DNA from: Acidobacteriota bacterium
GTDB lineage: Bacteria; Acidobacteriota; Thermoanaerobaculia; Gp7-AA8
NCBI GenBank assembly: GCA_019244185.1
Contig: JAFATB010000022.1
Coordinates: 192,001 to 256,000 of the forward strand
Length of the DNA stretch: 64,000 nucleotides
Reading direction: 5' to 3'
In this document: positions 9,210-19,892 of the stretch, piece by piece
Position numbering within the stretch: the first letter of the stretch is position 1
Layout of the letters: each line of letters starts with the position of its first letter
Notes under the pieces: model-generated
The model's input: the letters and a program-made list of their open reading frames with translations, nothing else
Databases searched by the model: none
Told to the model about the DNA's origin: nothing
Translations under genes and position numbers: made by a program

Positions 9210-9763
9210 TGAAAACCACGCACGTGAAGCTCTCGCAGGTCGCCGCGTCGCTGCTGCTCGTCATCGCGGCGGTGGCGTCGTCGATCGCGCAGCCCGCGGG
9301 CCGCAACGCGGCCACCGCGTCGCAGGCGACCGACAGCGCGACTTCGGCCGCGACCACGGCGACCAGCAACGACGTACAGAAGACGCTCGAGGAGATCCTC
9401 GACGAGCCGACGACGACGGACGCCTATCGCTACGATCCGCAGGGACGCCGCGATCCCTTCCGCTCGCTCATCGGTCCCACGCCGCGCCTCGAACCGGGCC
9501 AGCGCCCGCCGGGCACGCGCGGTTTCCTGATCGACGAGATGAAGCTGCAGGGAGTCTTCCAGACCCGGCAGGGATTGACGGCGATGGTCAACGGTCCGGA
9601 CAACAAGGGTTATCTTCTCAAGACGGGAGACAAAGTCCTCGACGGAGAAGTGATCCGCGTGACGCAGACCGGAATCGTTTTCCGGCAGGAACTGAACGAC
9701 CCGACGCGCATCGAGCGCTATCGGGAAGTGATCAAGGATCTGATTCCCTCGGCGAGAAAGTAG
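9206..9763 (+). CDS. pilP: Type IV pilus assembly protein PilP
   Basis: 'YDPQGRRDPF' motif; no lipobox Cys visible. Confidence 0.85.
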   Translation: MMKTTHVKLSQVAASLLLVIAAVASSIAQPAGRNAATASQATDSATSAATTATSNDVQKTLEEILDEPTTTDAYRYDPQGRRDPFRSLIGPTPRLEPGQRPPGTRGFLIDEMKLQGVFQTRQGLTAMVNGPDNKGYLLKTGDKVLDGEVIRVTQTGIVFRQELNDPTRIERYREVIKDLIPSARK

Positions 9764-9795
9764 CGTTGCGCGGGTGCAGGCGAGTGGAGGGCGAG

Positions 9796-12489
9796 ATGGT
9801 GAAGGTGCGAAGTATGAGAAGAGCCAAGCGAATCCTGCTGATTGCCGGCATGCTCGTGCTGTCCGTAGGTGCGGCCGACGCAAAGCTGTGGGGTTCGAAG
9901 AAGCCGCAGCCGCAGTCCGCGCGTGAGTCGGCGCCTGCCGTCGCGTCGATGACGCTCACGGGCGTCGAGGTCGACGGCTCGCGCGTCACGCTGCGCACGT
10001 CCGGCGCTCCCGCGTACACTTCGTACAGTCCGTCGCCCGGCGTGTTCATCGTCGACCTCACCGGTGTGAGCCGCGATGCCGCCGCCGTCGTTCCCGCGAA
10101 CCTTCCTCCCGCCGTCGTGGCCATCTCCGCCGACGACGTCGTCGAGATGGGCAACCGTCTCACGCGCATCACCTTCCATCTCTCCGAGAACCTTCATCCC
10201 GAGGCTGTCGCGGCCGACAACGCGGTGGTGATCACCGTTCCGGCAACCGCGATTGCCATCGGGAATGCAGAAACCCCTGCCGTCCAGCAGGAAGTGCTGC
10301 CGGCCGTCGTTCCGGCCGCGCCGGCTCCCGAGCCGGTGGCCGTAGCCGCGACGGAAGAACCGGCCGCGCCAGCGACCGGCGTCGAGCCGCTGCCGGGTCC
10401 CGCGGTCGAAGTGAGCGAGCCGGTCGCGCACGCGGAAGAGATTCCGCTGCCGCGCGCGCGGAACGTCCGCGGCATCGACGCGCAGGCGCGCGGCGGCGCC
10501 GTCGAAGTGCGGATCACCGCCGATGGCACGATGAAGTACAAGGCGTTCCGCCTCGAGAATCCATCGCGTCTCGTGATCGATCTCGACGGCGTGAAGAACG
10601 GCGTCGCGAAGAGCGCGGTCGCCGTCGATGATGACGTCGTCAAGCGCGTGCGCGTCGGCCAGTTCCAGGCCGCGCCGCCGGTGGCGCGCGTCGTCATCGA
10701 TCTCGCGCACCGTACCGAATACTCACTCCGCGAAGATGGCGACGCGCTGCTGGTGAACTTCGGCGGCAACGCGGTCGCGGAAGCGCCTCCTGTTGAAACG
10801 CATGTCGCAGAAACCCCGGCGGTCGAAACGCCGGTGAAGACGGAGCCAGTCGCGCCGGCACCCGCCGCGAGCACGGTGTCGGTCGTCGCGCAGACGCCCG
10901 CGCCGCCCACGCCCGCACGCGTGGAAGCGCCGGCGCCGAAGCCGGCCGTCGAAACGGCCGCCTCGAAGACAACGACCGCCGCTCCCGCAACCGACATTCC
11001 GTCGCAGGTTCCGACCGTCGCCGATGACGCCGCGACGTGGAAGATGCCGGCGAAGCGCGAGCCTGTCTCGAAGGGCGCTCGCTCGCGCATCACCGCACCG
11101 CGTCCGCAGGCTCCACCGGCGACGCCGCCGACCGGCAGCGCCGAAGACGTGTTCGACGAGACGCCGCCGCAGCAGCAGACGACCGCGATGCAGCAGCAGC
11201 CGTTGCCGCAGGTGCAGACCGGCACGGGCTCCGCCGCGCAGACGCTCTCCGGCACGCGCACGCTGAGCAACGGCCCGCGCGTCTTCACCGGCGAGCCGAT
11301 GTCGATGAACCTCAAGGATGCCGATCTCAAAGACGTCATCCGCACGTTCGCCGACCTCACGGGCCTCAACATCGCCGTCGACCCGGGCATCACCGGCTCG
11401 GTCACCGTCAACTTCACGGACGTGCCGTGGGATCAGGCGCTCGATCTGATCCTCCGCCAGAACAACCTCACGTTCACGCTCGAAGGCAACGTGATGCGCA
11501 TCGGCACGATCGAGCGCCTCGCCAACGAGACCGCGGCCTCGCGCCGGCTCGCCGAGGAAGAGCGCCTCAACGTGCCGCTGACGACGCTCAGCTTCAAACT
11601 GTCGTACGCGCGTGCGACGGAAGTCGCGGCGCTGCTGCAACAGATCGCCTCGCAGCGCGCGCACATCATCACCGACCAGCGCACGAACCAGCTGATCATC
11701 AGCGAGATCCCGCAGTACCTGCGCACGATGCAGAACCTCATCACCACCGTCGACATCCCGACGCGTCAGGTGACGATCGAGGCGCGCATCGTGGAGAGCT
11801 CGCGCGCGTTCTCGCAGGCGTGGGGCTTCGACTGGGGCTTCAACGGCAACCTCGATCCGGCCCTCGGCACGGGCACGGGTCTCGTGTTCCCGAACCGCAT
11901 CGGCTTCACCGGCGGACCGTTCTCCTTCACCGGCAACGCGCCTCCGGTGCTCGACCTGCACCTCCACGACGTCCTCGGCGCGTTCAATCTCGACTTCGCG
12001 CTCAACGCCGCGGAATCGCAGGGTTACGCGAAGGTCATCTCCGCGCCGCGCGTGACGACGCAGGACAACCAGGCCGCGGAAATCCAGAGCGGCTTCCAGA
12101 TTCCGTATCAGACGCGCATCAACTTCACGACCACGGTGCAGTACCTCGACGCGACGCTGCGGTTGTCGGTGACGCCGCAGATCACCGAGGCGGGCACCGT
12201 GATCATGGACATCGCGGTGCAGAAGAACGAGCCGCTCACCGGTCTCACGATCGAGGGCGCGGCCGGCACGCCGCTGACCACGCGCCAGGCGCGCACGCGC
12301 CTCATGGTGCGCGACGGCGGCACGGCGGTCATCGCCGGCATCTTCGAGACCACGGATAATCACGCGCAGACGCGGCTGCCGGTCGTGTCCCAGATCCCCG
12401 TGATCGGGAACCTGTTCCGGACGCACAACACGCAGACGTCGCACGACGAGTTGCTGATCTTCATCACGCCGCGCATCGTCAGAGGGTGA
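9796..12489 (+). CDS. pilQ: Type IV pilus secretin PilQ with AMIN domains and long Pro/Ala linkers
   Basis: SD GGAGG before ATG 9796; AMIN 'FRLENPSRLVIDL'; 'VPWDQALDLIL'; secretin C-terminus 'ELLIFITPRIV'. Confidence 0.95.
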   Translation: MVKVRSMRRAKRILLIAGMLVLSVGAADAKLWGSKKPQPQSARESAPAVASMTLTGVEVDGSRVTLRTSGAPAYTSYSPSPGVFIVDLTGVSRDAAAVVPANLPPAVVAISADDVVEMGNRLTRITFHLSENLHPEAVAADNAVVITVPATAIAIGNAETPAVQQEVLPAVVPAAPAPEPVAVAATEEPAAPATGVEPLPGPAVEVSEPVAHAEEIPLPRARNVRGIDAQARGGAVEVRITADGTMKYKAFRLENPSRLVIDLDGVKNGVAKSAVAVDDDVVKRVRVGQFQAAPPVARVVIDLAHRTEYSLREDGDALLVNFGGNAVAEAPPVETHVAETPAVETPVKTEPVAPAPAASTVSVVAQTPAPPTPARVEAPAPKPAVETAASKTTTAAPATDIPSQVPTVADDAATWKMPAKREPVSKGARSRITAPRPQAPPATPPTGSAEDVFDETPPQQQTTAMQQQPLPQVQTGTGSAAQTLSGTRTLSNGPRVFTGEPMSMNLKDADLKDVIRTFADLTGLNIAVDPGITGSVTVNFTDVPWDQALDLILRQNNLTFTLEGNVMRIGTIERLANETAASRRLAEEERLNVPLTTLSFKLSYARATEVAALLQQIASQRAHIITDQRTNQLIISEIPQYLRTMQNLITTVDIPTRQVTIEARIVESSRAFSQAWGFDWGFNGNLDPALGTGTGLVFPNRIGFTGGPFSFTGNAPPVLDLHLHDVLGAFNLDFALNAAESQGYAKVISAPRVTTQDNQAAEIQSGFQIPYQTRINFTTTVQYLDATLRLSVTPQITEAGTVIMDIAVQKNEPLTGLTIEGAAGTPLTTRQARTRLMVRDGGTAVIAGIFETTDNHAQTRLPVVSQIPVIGNLFRTHNTQTSHDELLIFITPRIVRG

Positions 12490-12506
12490 CGCGGGGGAGG
12501 GGCGGT

Positions 12507-13079
12507 ATGAGAAGCAGACGGAAACTGATGATTGCGGGAGCGGCGTTGCTCGCCGCACTGGCGAGTGCGAGCTGCAGCAGCGAGCTCACGAACAACTCCG
12601 CTCCGGTGGAGCTGGTGGTGACGAACACGCAGAACCTCTCGCAGATCGATCTCTTCGGCGGCTCGCGCTGCGGCGAGAACGTCGGCACGATCAACGTGCG
12701 CGTGCTTCCCAAGAACGACGCCGCCACGGGCACGTTCACGCAGGTGCGCATCACGCGCTACAGCGTTTCGTACCAGCGGACCGACGGCGGCACGCTCGTG
12801 CCGGCGCCGTTCGTCCGCTCCACCGACGCGCTGATCGACGTCGGCGGCACCGGCAGCAACCTGTCCGATTTTCTCGTCGTGCAGGGCGACGCGCTGCTGC
12901 AGGCGCCGTTCGCCGCTCTGCTTCCGAACAACGGCGGACGCGATCCGGAGACGGGACGTCCCGTGGTCACGATGGACGTCATCGTCCAGGTATTCGGCCA
13001 GACGCTGGGAGGCGAGAACGTCTACGACGCGACGCGCTTCCCGCTCGACTTCTGCTACGACTGCGGAGGCTGCAGCTAG
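12507..13079 (+). CDS. Hypothetical lipoprotein directly downstream of pilQ
   Basis: Signal peptide with ASASC lipobox; beta-rich; ends CYDCGGCS. Confidence 0.75.
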   Translation: MRSRRKLMIAGAALLAALASASCSSELTNNSAPVELVVTNTQNLSQIDLFGGSRCGENVGTINVRVLPKNDAATGTFTQVRITRYSVSYQRTDGGTLVPAPFVRSTDALIDVGGTGSNLSDFLVVQGDALLQAPFAALLPNNGGRDPETGRPVVTMDVIVQVFGQTLGGENVYDATRFPLDFCYDCGGCS

Positions 13080-13130
13080 CGACTCGCGTCGCACGCGGTG
13101 AGAGTGGTGTGGACCTACGGGGGTTTTGAC

Positions 13131-15167
13131 ATGAGAACGATCAGACAGCGCAGCTACTGGGTCGCCTTGATGGCGCTCCTCTTCCTCTTCGCCGCGTGCA
13201 AAGGGGAGTCGCCGACCGCGCCGCCCGCGACCGGAACGGGCAACACCGGCGGCACGGGCACGACGCCTCCGACGAACGTCTCGCTCTCACTGACTACGTC
13301 GAATGCGAATCCGCTCGTCGATTCCGACAGCGTGATCACGGCGACAGTGACGCAGAACGGCCAGCCCGTACCGAACGGTACGGCGGTCGAGTTCGTGACG
13401 AACAACGGCGTCTTCAAGGACGTCAACGGCACGTCGACGATCCGCACCACCACGAACGGCGTGGCCACGGTCACGCTGACCGCGACCACCGCCACGACCG
13501 CGCACGTCGTGGCGACGGTGAACAACGTCTCCCGCTCGGTCGACGTCACGTTCTCGATCCAGCCCACCACGCCGCCGCCCGCGAATACGGCGCCGACGAT
13601 CAGCTCCATCACGCCGAACGTGCTGCTGCCGTCCGGCGGCCAGACCATCCACATCGTCGGCACGAACTTCACCGCGCCGCTGCGCGTGCTGTTCGACGTC
13701 GGCCGCCCGCTGCCGGTCGAAGGCTCGATCGTGGGGTCGACGGCCACGACCATCGACGTGCTCACGCCCGCCGTCGACCTCGGCGCGGGACAACAGCTCA
13801 ACGCAACCGTCAAAGTCATCACGCAGGCCGGCACCGCCGCGGAACAGTCCTCGAACACGGCGCCGGTGACGTTCCAGAACGCGGTGCTCACGCCGGTCGT
13901 CTACACGGCCACGCCGAACTCGGGTCCGATCGACGGCGGCACGCGCGTGACGATCGTCGGCGAAGGGTTCCAGTCGCCCGTGCAGGTGCTCTTCGGCACC
14001 GCGGAGGCGCGCGTTCTCGACGTGAAGTTCTCACAGCTCCTCGTCGAGGCGCCCGCGGCACGCGACACGAGCTCGAACGGCGGCAGCGCGGTGACGGGAC
14101 CGGTCAACATCACCGTCATCAACATGAACGCCAATCAGAGTTCCACGCTCACGAACGGCTTCAGCTACAAGAACAAGATGCAGATCACGACGGTGCGGCC
14201 CGCGAGCGGACCTGCCACCGGCGGCACGGAAGTGACGATCGACGGCACCGGCTTCAATCAGCCGCTGCAGGTGACCATCGGCGGCCTGCTCGCGACGATC
14301 ATCAACGTCTCCGGCTCCGAGATCATCGTGCGCACGCCGGCGATTCCGATCCCGTGTCAGAACCTCCCCGCGCAGATCTTCGTGACGAACACGGATAACG
14401 GCGACAACGACGTCTACGGCGACGCGCCGAACGAAACGGGCTTCACGTTCCTCGCCGTCAATCCGGCCATCGTCTCGACGAGCGCTCCGGTGCATCCGGG
14501 CGACAACCTGACGGTCGTCGTCAACAACCCGGGCGTCGGTCCTCTCGGAACGGCGAGCATTCGCTTCACGCTCAACGGCGGCACGCTGCTGCCGAGCCCC
14601 GCGACGATCAACACCGGCACCGGCGCGCAGACGTTCACCGTCGCGGTGCCGACGACCGGCTTCACATTCCCGACCATCAACTGCACGACCGGCGGCAATC
14701 CGGGCACGCAGCTCGGACCGCTCGACGTGCCGCTCGTGTTCCAGAACGCCACGACCGGCTGCACCGACACCGTGACCGTGCGCATCCTGCCGCCGGATCC
14801 GAATCCGTGCGTGCAGGCGCCCGCGGTTGCGACCGTGACGAATCCGTCCACGACGTCGTGCCCGGGGCTCAACTTCGGCGACGTGCCGCAGGCGAGCGGC
14901 AGCTCGACGCAGAACATCACCATCACGAACACCGCTCCCTCCGGCGCGCAGAACCTCACCATCACCGGCGGCAACGTGACGAGCGGCGGCGCCGACTTCT
15001 CGATCCTCACCCCGTTCCCGGTCACCATTCCGCCGGGCACCTCGGGTGACATCACGGTGCAGTTCGATCCGAGCGCCACGGGCACGCGCACCGGCAACGT
15101 GCGTCTCACGACGAACGATCCGACGCATCCCGAGATCAACGTCTGCGTCAGCGGCAACGGTACCTAG
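13131..15167 (+). CDS. Thr/Pro-rich surface lipoprotein with Big-1-like, ~3 IPT/TIG and C-terminal Ig (ASH/choice-of-anchor-D-like) domains
   Basis: FAAC lipobox; 'PNSGPIDGGTRVTIVGEGF', 'PASGPATGGTEVTIDGTGF'; C-terminal 'ITVQFDPSATGTRTG..TNDP..VSGNG'. Confidence 0.8.
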   Translation: MRTIRQRSYWVALMALLFLFAACKGESPTAPPATGTGNTGGTGTTPPTNVSLSLTTSNANPLVDSDSVITATVTQNGQPVPNGTAVEFVTNNGVFKDVNGTSTIRTTTNGVATVTLTATTATTAHVVATVNNVSRSVDVTFSIQPTTPPPANTAPTISSITPNVLLPSGGQTIHIVGTNFTAPLRVLFDVGRPLPVEGSIVGSTATTIDVLTPAVDLGAGQQLNATVKVITQAGTAAEQSSNTAPVTFQNAVLTPVVYTATPNSGPIDGGTRVTIVGEGFQSPVQVLFGTAEARVLDVKFSQLLVEAPAARDTSSNGGSAVTGPVNITVINMNANQSSTLTNGFSYKNKMQITTVRPASGPATGGTEVTIDGTGFNQPLQVTIGGLLATIINVSGSEIIVRTPAIPIPCQNLPAQIFVTNTDNGDNDVYGDAPNETGFTFLAVNPAIVSTSAPVHPGDNLTVVVNNPGVGPLGTASIRFTLNGGTLLPSPATINTGTGAQTFTVAVPTTGFTFPTINCTTGGNPGTQLGPLDVPLVFQNATTGCTDTVTVRILPPDPNPCVQAPAVATVTNPSTTSCPGLNFGDVPQASGSSTQNITITNTAPSGAQNLTITGGNVTSGGADFSILTPFPVTIPPGTSGDITVQFDPSATGTRTGNVRLTTNDPTHPEINVCVSGNGT

Positions 15168-15194
15168 TCCTCAGTTTCGAACCCGACATTCAGG

Positions 15195-15225
15195 GATGAC
15201 CGCCCCCACGGGGCGGTCATCTTGT
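15195..15225 (+). terminator. 12-bp hairpin after the IPT/TIG gene
   Basis: gatgaccgcccc-cac-ggggcggtcatc followed by ttgt. Confidence 0.55.
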
Positions 15226-15263
15226 CTCCGGCGCTGTTTCACGCAAGAATTCGACGCTACGCC

Positions 15264-16403
15264 ATGGCCCAACCCGCAACGAGCCCGAAAATCGAAGAGC
15301 TCCGGTTCCGTCTGAAGACGGATCCGAAGAGCCGGCTCTTTTATCCGCTGGCTGAAGAGCTGCGGAAGGCGGGACACGTCACCGAAGCCGAGCAGGTGTT
15401 GCGCGGCGGCCTCGAGGTGCACGCGACGTATCTCTCCGCGTGGGTGAGCCTCGGCCGCGTGCTTCGCGATCAGAAGAAAGACAGCGAGGCGGTCGACGTG
15501 CTGACGCGCGCGCTGCAGCTCGATCCCGGCAACGTCGTCGCGGCGCGTCTTCTCGCCGACGCGTATCTCGCGCTCGGCGACAAGCTCGAGGCGATCAAAA
15601 AGTACAAGCTCGTCTACGCGCTCATGCCTGCCGACGAGTCGCTGCAGGCGACCATCGCGCAACTCGACCGCGACCTCGCACCGCCGCTGCCGATCGCACC
15701 CGCGCCGGAACCAGAAGCCGAACCCGAGCCGGAGCCGCTAGCTACGAATTCCATCGAAGAAACGGTCGAGACGCCGAGTCCCGCCGCGGCAAGTGCACCA
15801 ATCGAAGAGGAGTCGCCGTTCGATCGCACGATGCCGCCGTTCGAAGAAGCGGCGCGTGCGTTTGCGGAAGAGCAGCGCACCGGCGTCGAGACCGGCGACT
15901 TCGAGCCGATGGCGCGCGCCCACGACGACAGCCCGTTCGAAGAGCCGGTCGATGGATTCACCGGCGCGACGATGTCGATCGAAGCGCCGCTCGGCATGCA
16001 CATCGCCGCGGCACCGCTCGCCGCCGAAGTGCCGGCGCCGGTGACCTTCGAAGAGGACCTGCCGCAGGTCGAGAGCGCGGTCATTGCGCCGGAGCCGCCG
16101 ACGGAAGAAGCGGATGTGTTCGAGCCCGCCGATCCGGTGCCCACGCGCGAAGCCGAACACGTCGTGAACACGATCACGATGGCGGACCTCTACGCGCGAC
16201 AGGGACTGCTCGACGACGCGCGGCACATCTACGAGACGATTCTCGCGCGCGATCCCGCCAACGAAAGCGTGCGCGCAAAGCTGCAGGCGTTGCACGCGCC
16301 CGCGGCGGAGCCTGCGCCGGTTTTAGAAGCCGCGAACCCGAAGATCGAGCGCCTCGAGCGCTGGCTCGCCAAAGTCTCGAGACGCGAGGTGAATGGTGTT
16401 TAG
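15264..16403 (+). CDS. TPR protein with acidic Pro/Glu-rich linker
   Basis: N-terminal TPRs ('FYPLAEELRKAG') and C-terminal 'TMADLYARQG' TPR. Confidence 0.8.
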   Translation: MAQPATSPKIEELRFRLKTDPKSRLFYPLAEELRKAGHVTEAEQVLRGGLEVHATYLSAWVSLGRVLRDQKKDSEAVDVLTRALQLDPGNVVAARLLADAYLALGDKLEAIKKYKLVYALMPADESLQATIAQLDRDLAPPLPIAPAPEPEAEPEPEPLATNSIEETVETPSPAAASAPIEEESPFDRTMPPFEEAARAFAEEQRTGVETGDFEPMARAHDDSPFEEPVDGFTGATMSIEAPLGMHIAAAPLAAEVPAPVTFEEDLPQVESAVIAPEPPTEEADVFEPADPVPTREAEHVVNTITMADLYARQGLLDDARHIYETILARDPANESVRAKLQALHAPAAEPAPVLEAANPKIERLERWLAKVSRREVNGV

Positions 16404-16749
16404 AGAGGTCCTCACCGGCCTTCGCGACCGTATCGAAGGGACGCTCGCCGTCAGTCTCATCGGTCTCGACGGCATTGCCGTCGAAACCATCGGAGGCGGC
16501 GACGTTCCGCTCGACGTCCTCGGCGCGGAGTTCGGCAGTTTCATCAAGTCGATCCGCCACGCGAACACGGAGCTCGACACGGGCGACGTCGTGCAGTTCT
16601 CCCTGGTCACGGAGAAATACGTTACCTTTCTCTCCGCCGTCACGCCCGAGTACTACATTCTTCTCGTCCTGCGTCCCGATGGAAACTATGGGCGCGCGCG
16701 CTTCGAGCTGTCGAAGGCGAAGCATCTGCTTCGCGACGAGTTGATCTGA
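16393..16749 (+). CDS. mglC: Roadblock/LC7 protein, MglC-like
   Basis: 'SLIGLDGI' and '[14 protein letters not shown]' resemble Myxococcus MglC (MGFDGI, DGNFGKGRY, recalled from memory); pilQ-accBC neighbourhood. Confidence 0.7.
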   Translation: MVFREVLTGLRDRIEGTLAVSLIGLDGIAVETIGGGDVPLDVLGAEFGSFIKSIRHANTELDTGDVVQFSLVTEKYVTFLSAVTPEYYILLVLRPDGNYGRARFELSKAKHLLRDELI

Positions 16750-16762
16750 GAGGAAGCGAAAC

Positions 16763-17245
16763 TTGAATTTCAAAGAGATTCTCGAGCTCATCGACAAGGT
16801 CGCGGAAAGCGGCATCGGCGCCGTCGAAGTCGAACAGGCCGGCACGAAGGTGCGCATCGAGGGCAAGAAGTCCGAGCCGCAGCACGTCTTCGTCACCGGC
16901 AGCGCCGAGAAAACGGAGACGCCGCTGCTCGTTCCATCCGGTGCCGTCGCGACACAGTCTGCCGCGGAAGCGCAAGCGGCGACGAAGAGGGAAGCCGCGC
17001 CGCCGTCGGGCCACGTCATCACCTCGCCGATCGTCGGGACGTTCTATCGCTCGCCGAATCCCGAAGCGGGACCGTTCGTCAACGTCGGCGACCGCGTCTC
17101 GAAGGGACAGGTGCTCTGCATCATCGAGGCGATGAAACTGATGAACGAGATCGAGTCCGACGTCGACGGCGTGATCGCCGAGATCTATCCGCAGAGCGGG
17201 CAACCCGTCGAGTACGGCGAGCCGCTGTTCTCCCTGAAGGTCTGA
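16763..17245 (+). CDS. accB: Acetyl-CoA carboxylase biotin carboxyl carrier protein
   Basis: '[10 protein letters not shown]' biotinylation motif, 'SPIVGTFYR'. Confidence 0.96.
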   Translation: MNFKEILELIDKVAESGIGAVEVEQAGTKVRIEGKKSEPQHVFVTGSAEKTETPLLVPSGAVATQSAAEAQAATKREAAPPSGHVITSPIVGTFYRSPNPEAGPFVNVGDRVSKGQVLCIIEAMKLMNEIESDVDGVIAEIYPQSGQPVEYGEPLFSLKV

Positions 17246-17252
17246 CGCCGCG

Positions 17253-18587
17253 ATGTTCTCCAAAGTCCTCATCGCCAACCGCGGCGAGATCGCCCTTCGC
17301 GTCATTGCCGCATGCAAGGAGATGGGTCTCAAGACCGTCGCCGTGCATTCGGAAGCCGACCGCGACTCGCTGCACGTGCGCTACGCCGACGACGACGTCT
17401 GCATCGGCCCCGCCGCGTCGAAGCAGAGCTATCTCTCCATCTCCAGCATCATCGCCGCCGCCGAAATCACCGGCGCCGACGCGATCCATCCCGGCTACGG
17501 CTTCCTCTCCGAGAACCCGCACTTCGCCGAGATCGTGAACGAGTGCGGCCTCACGTTCATCGGGCCGCCCGCGGAAGCGATCCGCCTCATGGGCGACAAG
17601 GCCCGCGCTCGTGAGACCGCGAAGAACGCGGGCGTGCCGATCATCCCCGGCAGCGAAGGCTCGATGAAGACGGCCGACGAAGCCGCGGAGGTCGCCAATG
17701 CGATCGGCTATCCGGTGATCCTCAAGGCGGCGGCGGGCGGCGGCGGACGCGGCATGCGCATCTGCTGGGATCCGTCCGAACTGCATCGCCAGTACGAAAC
17801 CGCACGCAACGAGGCCGAGCGGGCGTTCGGCAGCGGTGAGGTGTATCTCGAAAAGTATCTCGAACGTCCGCGTCACATCGAGATCCAGGTCTTCGCCGAC
17901 AACTTCGGACGCGTGGTCGCCCTCGGCGAACGCGAATGCTCGATCCAGCGCCGCCATCAGAAGCTGATCGAGGAGTCGCCGTCGCCGGCGCTCACCGACG
18001 AGCTGCGCAAGCGCATGGGCGACGCGGCCATCCGTCTCTGCCAGGCGGTGAACTACGTCAACGCCGGCACGATCGAGTTCCTCTTCCAGGACGGCGAGTT
18101 CTATTTCATGGAGATGAACACGCGCATCCAGGTCGAGCATCCGGTGACCGAGGAAGTGACGGGGATCGATCTCGTGAAAGAGCAGATCCGCGTCGCGGCG
18201 GGCGAGCGGCTGACGGTGCCGGAAGGGGAGTTCCGGCTGCGCGGGCACGCGATGGAGTTCCGCGTAAACGCGGAGGATCCGGTGACGTTCGCGCCGAACC
18301 CCGGCAAGATTCGCGAGCTGCATCTGCCCGGCGGTCCCGGCGTGCGCGTCGACACGCACATCTATCGCGACTACGTCGTGCCGCCGCACTACGACTCGCT
18401 TCTGGCGAAGCTCGTCGTGCGCGGCAAGGATCGTCTCGATACGATCGCGCGCGGCCGGCGCGCGCTGGAGCAGTTCGTGGTCGAGGGCGTGAAGACGACG
18501 ATCCCGCTCCATCGCGCGATCCTCAACAACGAGCAGTTCATCCGCGGCGACATCTCCACGCGCTTCATGGACAACTTCTCGCTGTGA
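17253..18587 (+). CDS. accC: Acetyl-CoA carboxylase biotin carboxylase
   Basis: 'IANRGEIA', '[10 protein letters not shown]', 'GGGGRGM', '[10 protein letters not shown]'. Confidence 0.97.
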   Translation: MFSKVLIANRGEIALRVIAACKEMGLKTVAVHSEADRDSLHVRYADDDVCIGPAASKQSYLSISSIIAAAEITGADAIHPGYGFLSENPHFAEIVNECGLTFIGPPAEAIRLMGDKARARETAKNAGVPIIPGSEGSMKTADEAAEVANAIGYPVILKAAAGGGGRGMRICWDPSELHRQYETARNEAERAFGSGEVYLEKYLERPRHIEIQVFADNFGRVVALGERECSIQRRHQKLIEESPSPALTDELRKRMGDAAIRLCQAVNYVNAGTIEFLFQDGEFYFMEMNTRIQVEHPVTEEVTGIDLVKEQIRVAAGERLTVPEGEFRLRGHAMEFRVNAEDPVTFAPNPGKIRELHLPGGPGVRVDTHIYRDYVVPPHYDSLLAKLVVRGKDRLDTIARGRRALEQFVVEGVKTTIPLHRAILNNEQFIRGDISTRFMDNFSL

Positions 18588-18612
18588 GGCGTACCCTCGT
18601 CGGCACTCCTCC

Positions 18613-19149
18613 ATGAAAATCTATCTGGTCGGCTTCATGGGCTCGGGCAAGACCACCGTCGGCCGTGAGCTCGCCGCCCGGATCGACGCGCCCTTCTTCG
18701 ATCTCGACGATCTGATCGAGTCTTCGGAGAGAATGTCCGTCCGGGAAATCTTCGCGATGCATGGAGAGCCGTACTTCCGCAAACGCGAGCGCGACCTGCT
18801 GCGCTCGACGAAGCACCTCGACGCCGCGGTGATCGCAACGGGCGGCGGCACGTTCACGTTCGACGAGAACATCCAGTTCATTCAGGCGGAAGGGTTGTCC
18901 GTCTATCTCTCCGCGCCGTACGCGCTGCTGCGCGCGCGCATCGGCGACAAGGCCGACCGCCCGCTGTTCCGCGACGACGTCTCCGCGCACGAGCTGTACG
19001 CGAACCGCATCCGCTACTACCGCATGTCCGATCTCACGATCGAGGTCCGCGAGGAGGAAACGCCCGCGGAGATCGTCGAGCGGCTCGTGCTCGAGCTGCC
19101 GAAGAGCGTGCTCGAATCGGCGAAGCGCTCCGCGTGGAGGCGCGCGTGA
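18613..19149 (+). CDS. aroK: Shikimate kinase
   Basis: 'GFMGSGKTT' P-loop, 'IATGGG', 'RPL'. Confidence 0.93.
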   Translation: MKIYLVGFMGSGKTTVGRELAARIDAPFFDLDDLIESSERMSVREIFAMHGEPYFRKRERDLLRSTKHLDAAVIATGGGTFTFDENIQFIQAEGLSVYLSAPYALLRARIGDKADRPLFRDDVSAHELYANRIRYYRMSDLTIEVREEETPAEIVERLVLELPKSVLESAKRSAWRRA

Positions 19150-19886
19150 GAGCGCTCGTCGTCTCCGACCTGCATGCGAACGCCGAGGCGCTGCGCGCGG
19201 TGCTCGGACGCGTGCGCCGCAAGAAGTTCGACACCGTGATCTGCCTGGGCGATTTCGTCGGCTACGGCGCGCAGCCGAATCAGATCCTCGACACGATGCG
19301 CACGATGCACGGCCGCAAGGTGTACGTGCGCGGTAATCACGACCGCGTCGCGGCCGGACTCGACGACGCGAACGGCTTCAATCACGCCGCGAAGGCCGCG
19401 GCGCTGTGGACGCGCGAGCATCTCTCGCCGGTGAATCGCCGCTTCCTGCGCGATCTCACGGTCGGCCCCGTGCTCCATCGCAGCGTCATGCTCTGCCACG
19501 GCTCGCCGTACGACGAGGACGAGTACGTCTTCAACGTGCATCACGCGGCGCAGGTGCTGTCGCTCTTCAACGCGCCGTTCATCCTCTTCGGGCACACGCA
19601 TCTGCCGGCGGTGTTCTCGATCGACACGGACTACAACGTCCGCGGCTTCGCCGTGAAAACGGACGCGACGGTGCGACTCGAGGAAGGCCGCCGCTATCTC
19701 ATCAACCCGGGATCGGTCGGGCAGCCGCGCGACCGGAATCCCGCGGCGTCGTTTGTCCTTTTCGATTCTGAGAAACGCACGGCGCAGTTCTTCCGCGTGC
19801 CGTACGACGTCAGCAAGACGCAGGCGTCGATCCGCAAGGCCGGCCTTCCCGATGTGCTCGCGCAGCGCCTGCTGTACGGGACGTAG
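19146..19886 (+). CDS. Calcineurin-like metallophosphoesterase
   Basis: DLHAN, GDFVGYG, GNHD, HGS, GHTH, 'NPGSVGQPRD'. Confidence 0.92.
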   Translation: MRALVVSDLHANAEALRAVLGRVRRKKFDTVICLGDFVGYGAQPNQILDTMRTMHGRKVYVRGNHDRVAAGLDDANGFNHAAKAAALWTREHLSPVNRRFLRDLTVGPVLHRSVMLCHGSPYDEDEYVFNVHHAAQVLSLFNAPFILFGHTHLPAVFSIDTDYNVRGFAVKTDATVRLEEGRRYLINPGSVGQPRDRNPAASFVLFDSEKRTAQFFRVPYDVSKTQASIRKAGLPDVLAQRLLYGT

Positions 19887-19892
19887 CCGATT

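Noticed and set aside
9175-9795. N-terminal extension of the pilQ ORF (similar extensions on the 37860, 42888 and 50547 ORFs)
   Set aside because: They overlap neighbouring real genes; downstream starts with an SD or signal peptide fit better.
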